A DNA stretch of 64,000 nt from Basidiobolus meristosporus CBS 931.73. Lineage: Eukaryota > Fungi > Basidiobolomycota. The notes beneath the pieces are model-generated. The model was not told the origin of the DNA, searched no databases, and saw only the letters and a program-made list of their open reading frames with translations. Shown piece after piece: positions 62,878 to 64,000 of this stretch. The position numbers and the translations under genes are program-made. The stretch spans positions 1 through 64,000 of the forward strand of contig MCFE01000104.1 in assembly GCA_002104905.1 (NCBI GenBank), written 5' to 3'. Numbering within the stretch: the first letter of the stretch is position 1; each line of letters starts with the position of its first letter.

Positions 62878-63322
62878 TCCACCCAATATAATATTAGAAG
62901 CGTCTATAGAGCGCCCAAGGTCCCTGGACGTAATTCTGTCGAGTCTCCTGTATAGATTTATTCATTATAAACACATAAATAAATATCATGGTTTTCGCCG
63001 TATGTGCATATATGTATCATCTGTGGTGTGATTCACTCTTCAACCTAATCTTATCTACAACACCTGATTCATGTGCACAAGCCTTATCTTGTGGATGTTA
63101 CCTTCTCAACCAATTACAGGCAACAAGAATTATATCTGCTCTAACTATCGGGTGGGGTCACATGGCACTATTCAAGTCGACCATCCCGAATTGTACGGGC
63201 ACTGAGCAGTTCATATATCTCGAATATACATATAAAGTAAAATGCCATTCACAGGAAATTGCCTTTAAAATCTTCTCCACCATACCACTCGCCAGCCCAA
63301 AACCACACCACAGCCGCGTTGA

Positions 63323-64000
63323 ATGTCGGAATACAACTTTAACGCTCCCCCCTTCTATCACCACGAGGCGCAAGTCGACGCCAACCTGAACAGGCAAAGT
63401 AATTACTATCCACAGACCCCTAATTTAAATCCGCCGGGAGACAATAAGCTCGAGGTAAGTGATGTGCAGGAAGGAAAGGATTCAAAAAAGAAGAGAGCTG
63501 GGCCCAAAAGGCGTAAGGTAACCCAAGGTTAGTATCTGACTGGTTTTTTCCGAGGTCACCTTAGCTAACTCTATTATCAAAGACTGACGCTCGTGTTGTT
63601 TGTAGCTTGTGTATACTGTCGACGCTCTCATATGACTTGTGATGATGGTACGGGGACTGCTTCTATGCTATGCACTTCTGTACGCGTCACTATTCAGGCT
63701 AGCCGAGTGTTCTAAGCCAACCCACTATTAGGCCGCCCCTGTCAGCGCTGTATCAAGAGGAATATTGGCCATTTATGTCACAACGAGAACAAGAATAACG
63801 TGACTAAGCCCCAGACAAGCCCAAGCAACGCTCAGCAGACCTCCACTGGTAGGTAAAATCCATATCGTCCCGACAAGAGCCCCCGATTAACAGTGTTTCA
63901 CAGCCTCCTCAGCAATAGACACCACTACCAAAAACTTGCCTTTCACGATGGATCAATTATCAAGCATGCCAGCTGCACCTCTCTCCTTTGCCAGCGAGCA
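63323..64000 (+). CDS. Zn(II)2Cys6 transcription factor, AcuM/Rds2-like (5' part; runs off window)
   Basis: Spliced KRRKVTQACVYCRRSHMTCDDGRPCQRCIKRNIGHLCHNE. Confidence 0.88.

Overview
Eukaryotic DNA from an intron-rich fungus. The gene set and short GT-AG introns suggest an early-diverging (Zoopagomycota/Mucoromycota-like) lineage; this is inference only. The window has two sharply different halves. (1) 1-32751 is a CpG-depleted block made entirely of nested transposons. It holds three copies of a CACTA/CMC-EnSpm DNA transposon (CCCTACG-type termini, one complete 5.75-kb copy with 3-bp TSD) that carries a second, divergently oriented unknown ORF. It also holds a young Ty3/Gypsy with identical LTRs and a 1377-aa gag-pol whose RT catalytic Asp is changed to Asn, and a truncated second Gypsy with a clear -1 frameshift signal. 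Three Ty1/Copia pieces of one family are present, one full-length copy nested in another and primed by a half tRNA-iMet, plus a solo LTR and a 730-bp foldback element. (2) 32752-64000 is CpG-rich and gene-dense, with 16 genes: DIC1, XRCC3/RAD57, RBM22/SLT11, RPL35, PMC1, SDO1, an ADAM protease, a DUF2415 WD40 protein, MTR10, ATP23, EMC7, OSH6/7-like, FAM210-like, an F-box+DTW fusion, RPC40 and an AcuM/RDS2-like Zn2Cys6 factor. The most novel candidate is the F-box + DTW (tRNA acp3U transferase) gene. Its second intron holds both the F-box stop codon and, 12 nt later, a DTW start codon, so splicing could switch between one fusion protein and two separate proteins. Single-base frameshifts in DIC1 and PMC1 may be assembly errors. 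All exon models and alignments were done by eye; no database searches were run.
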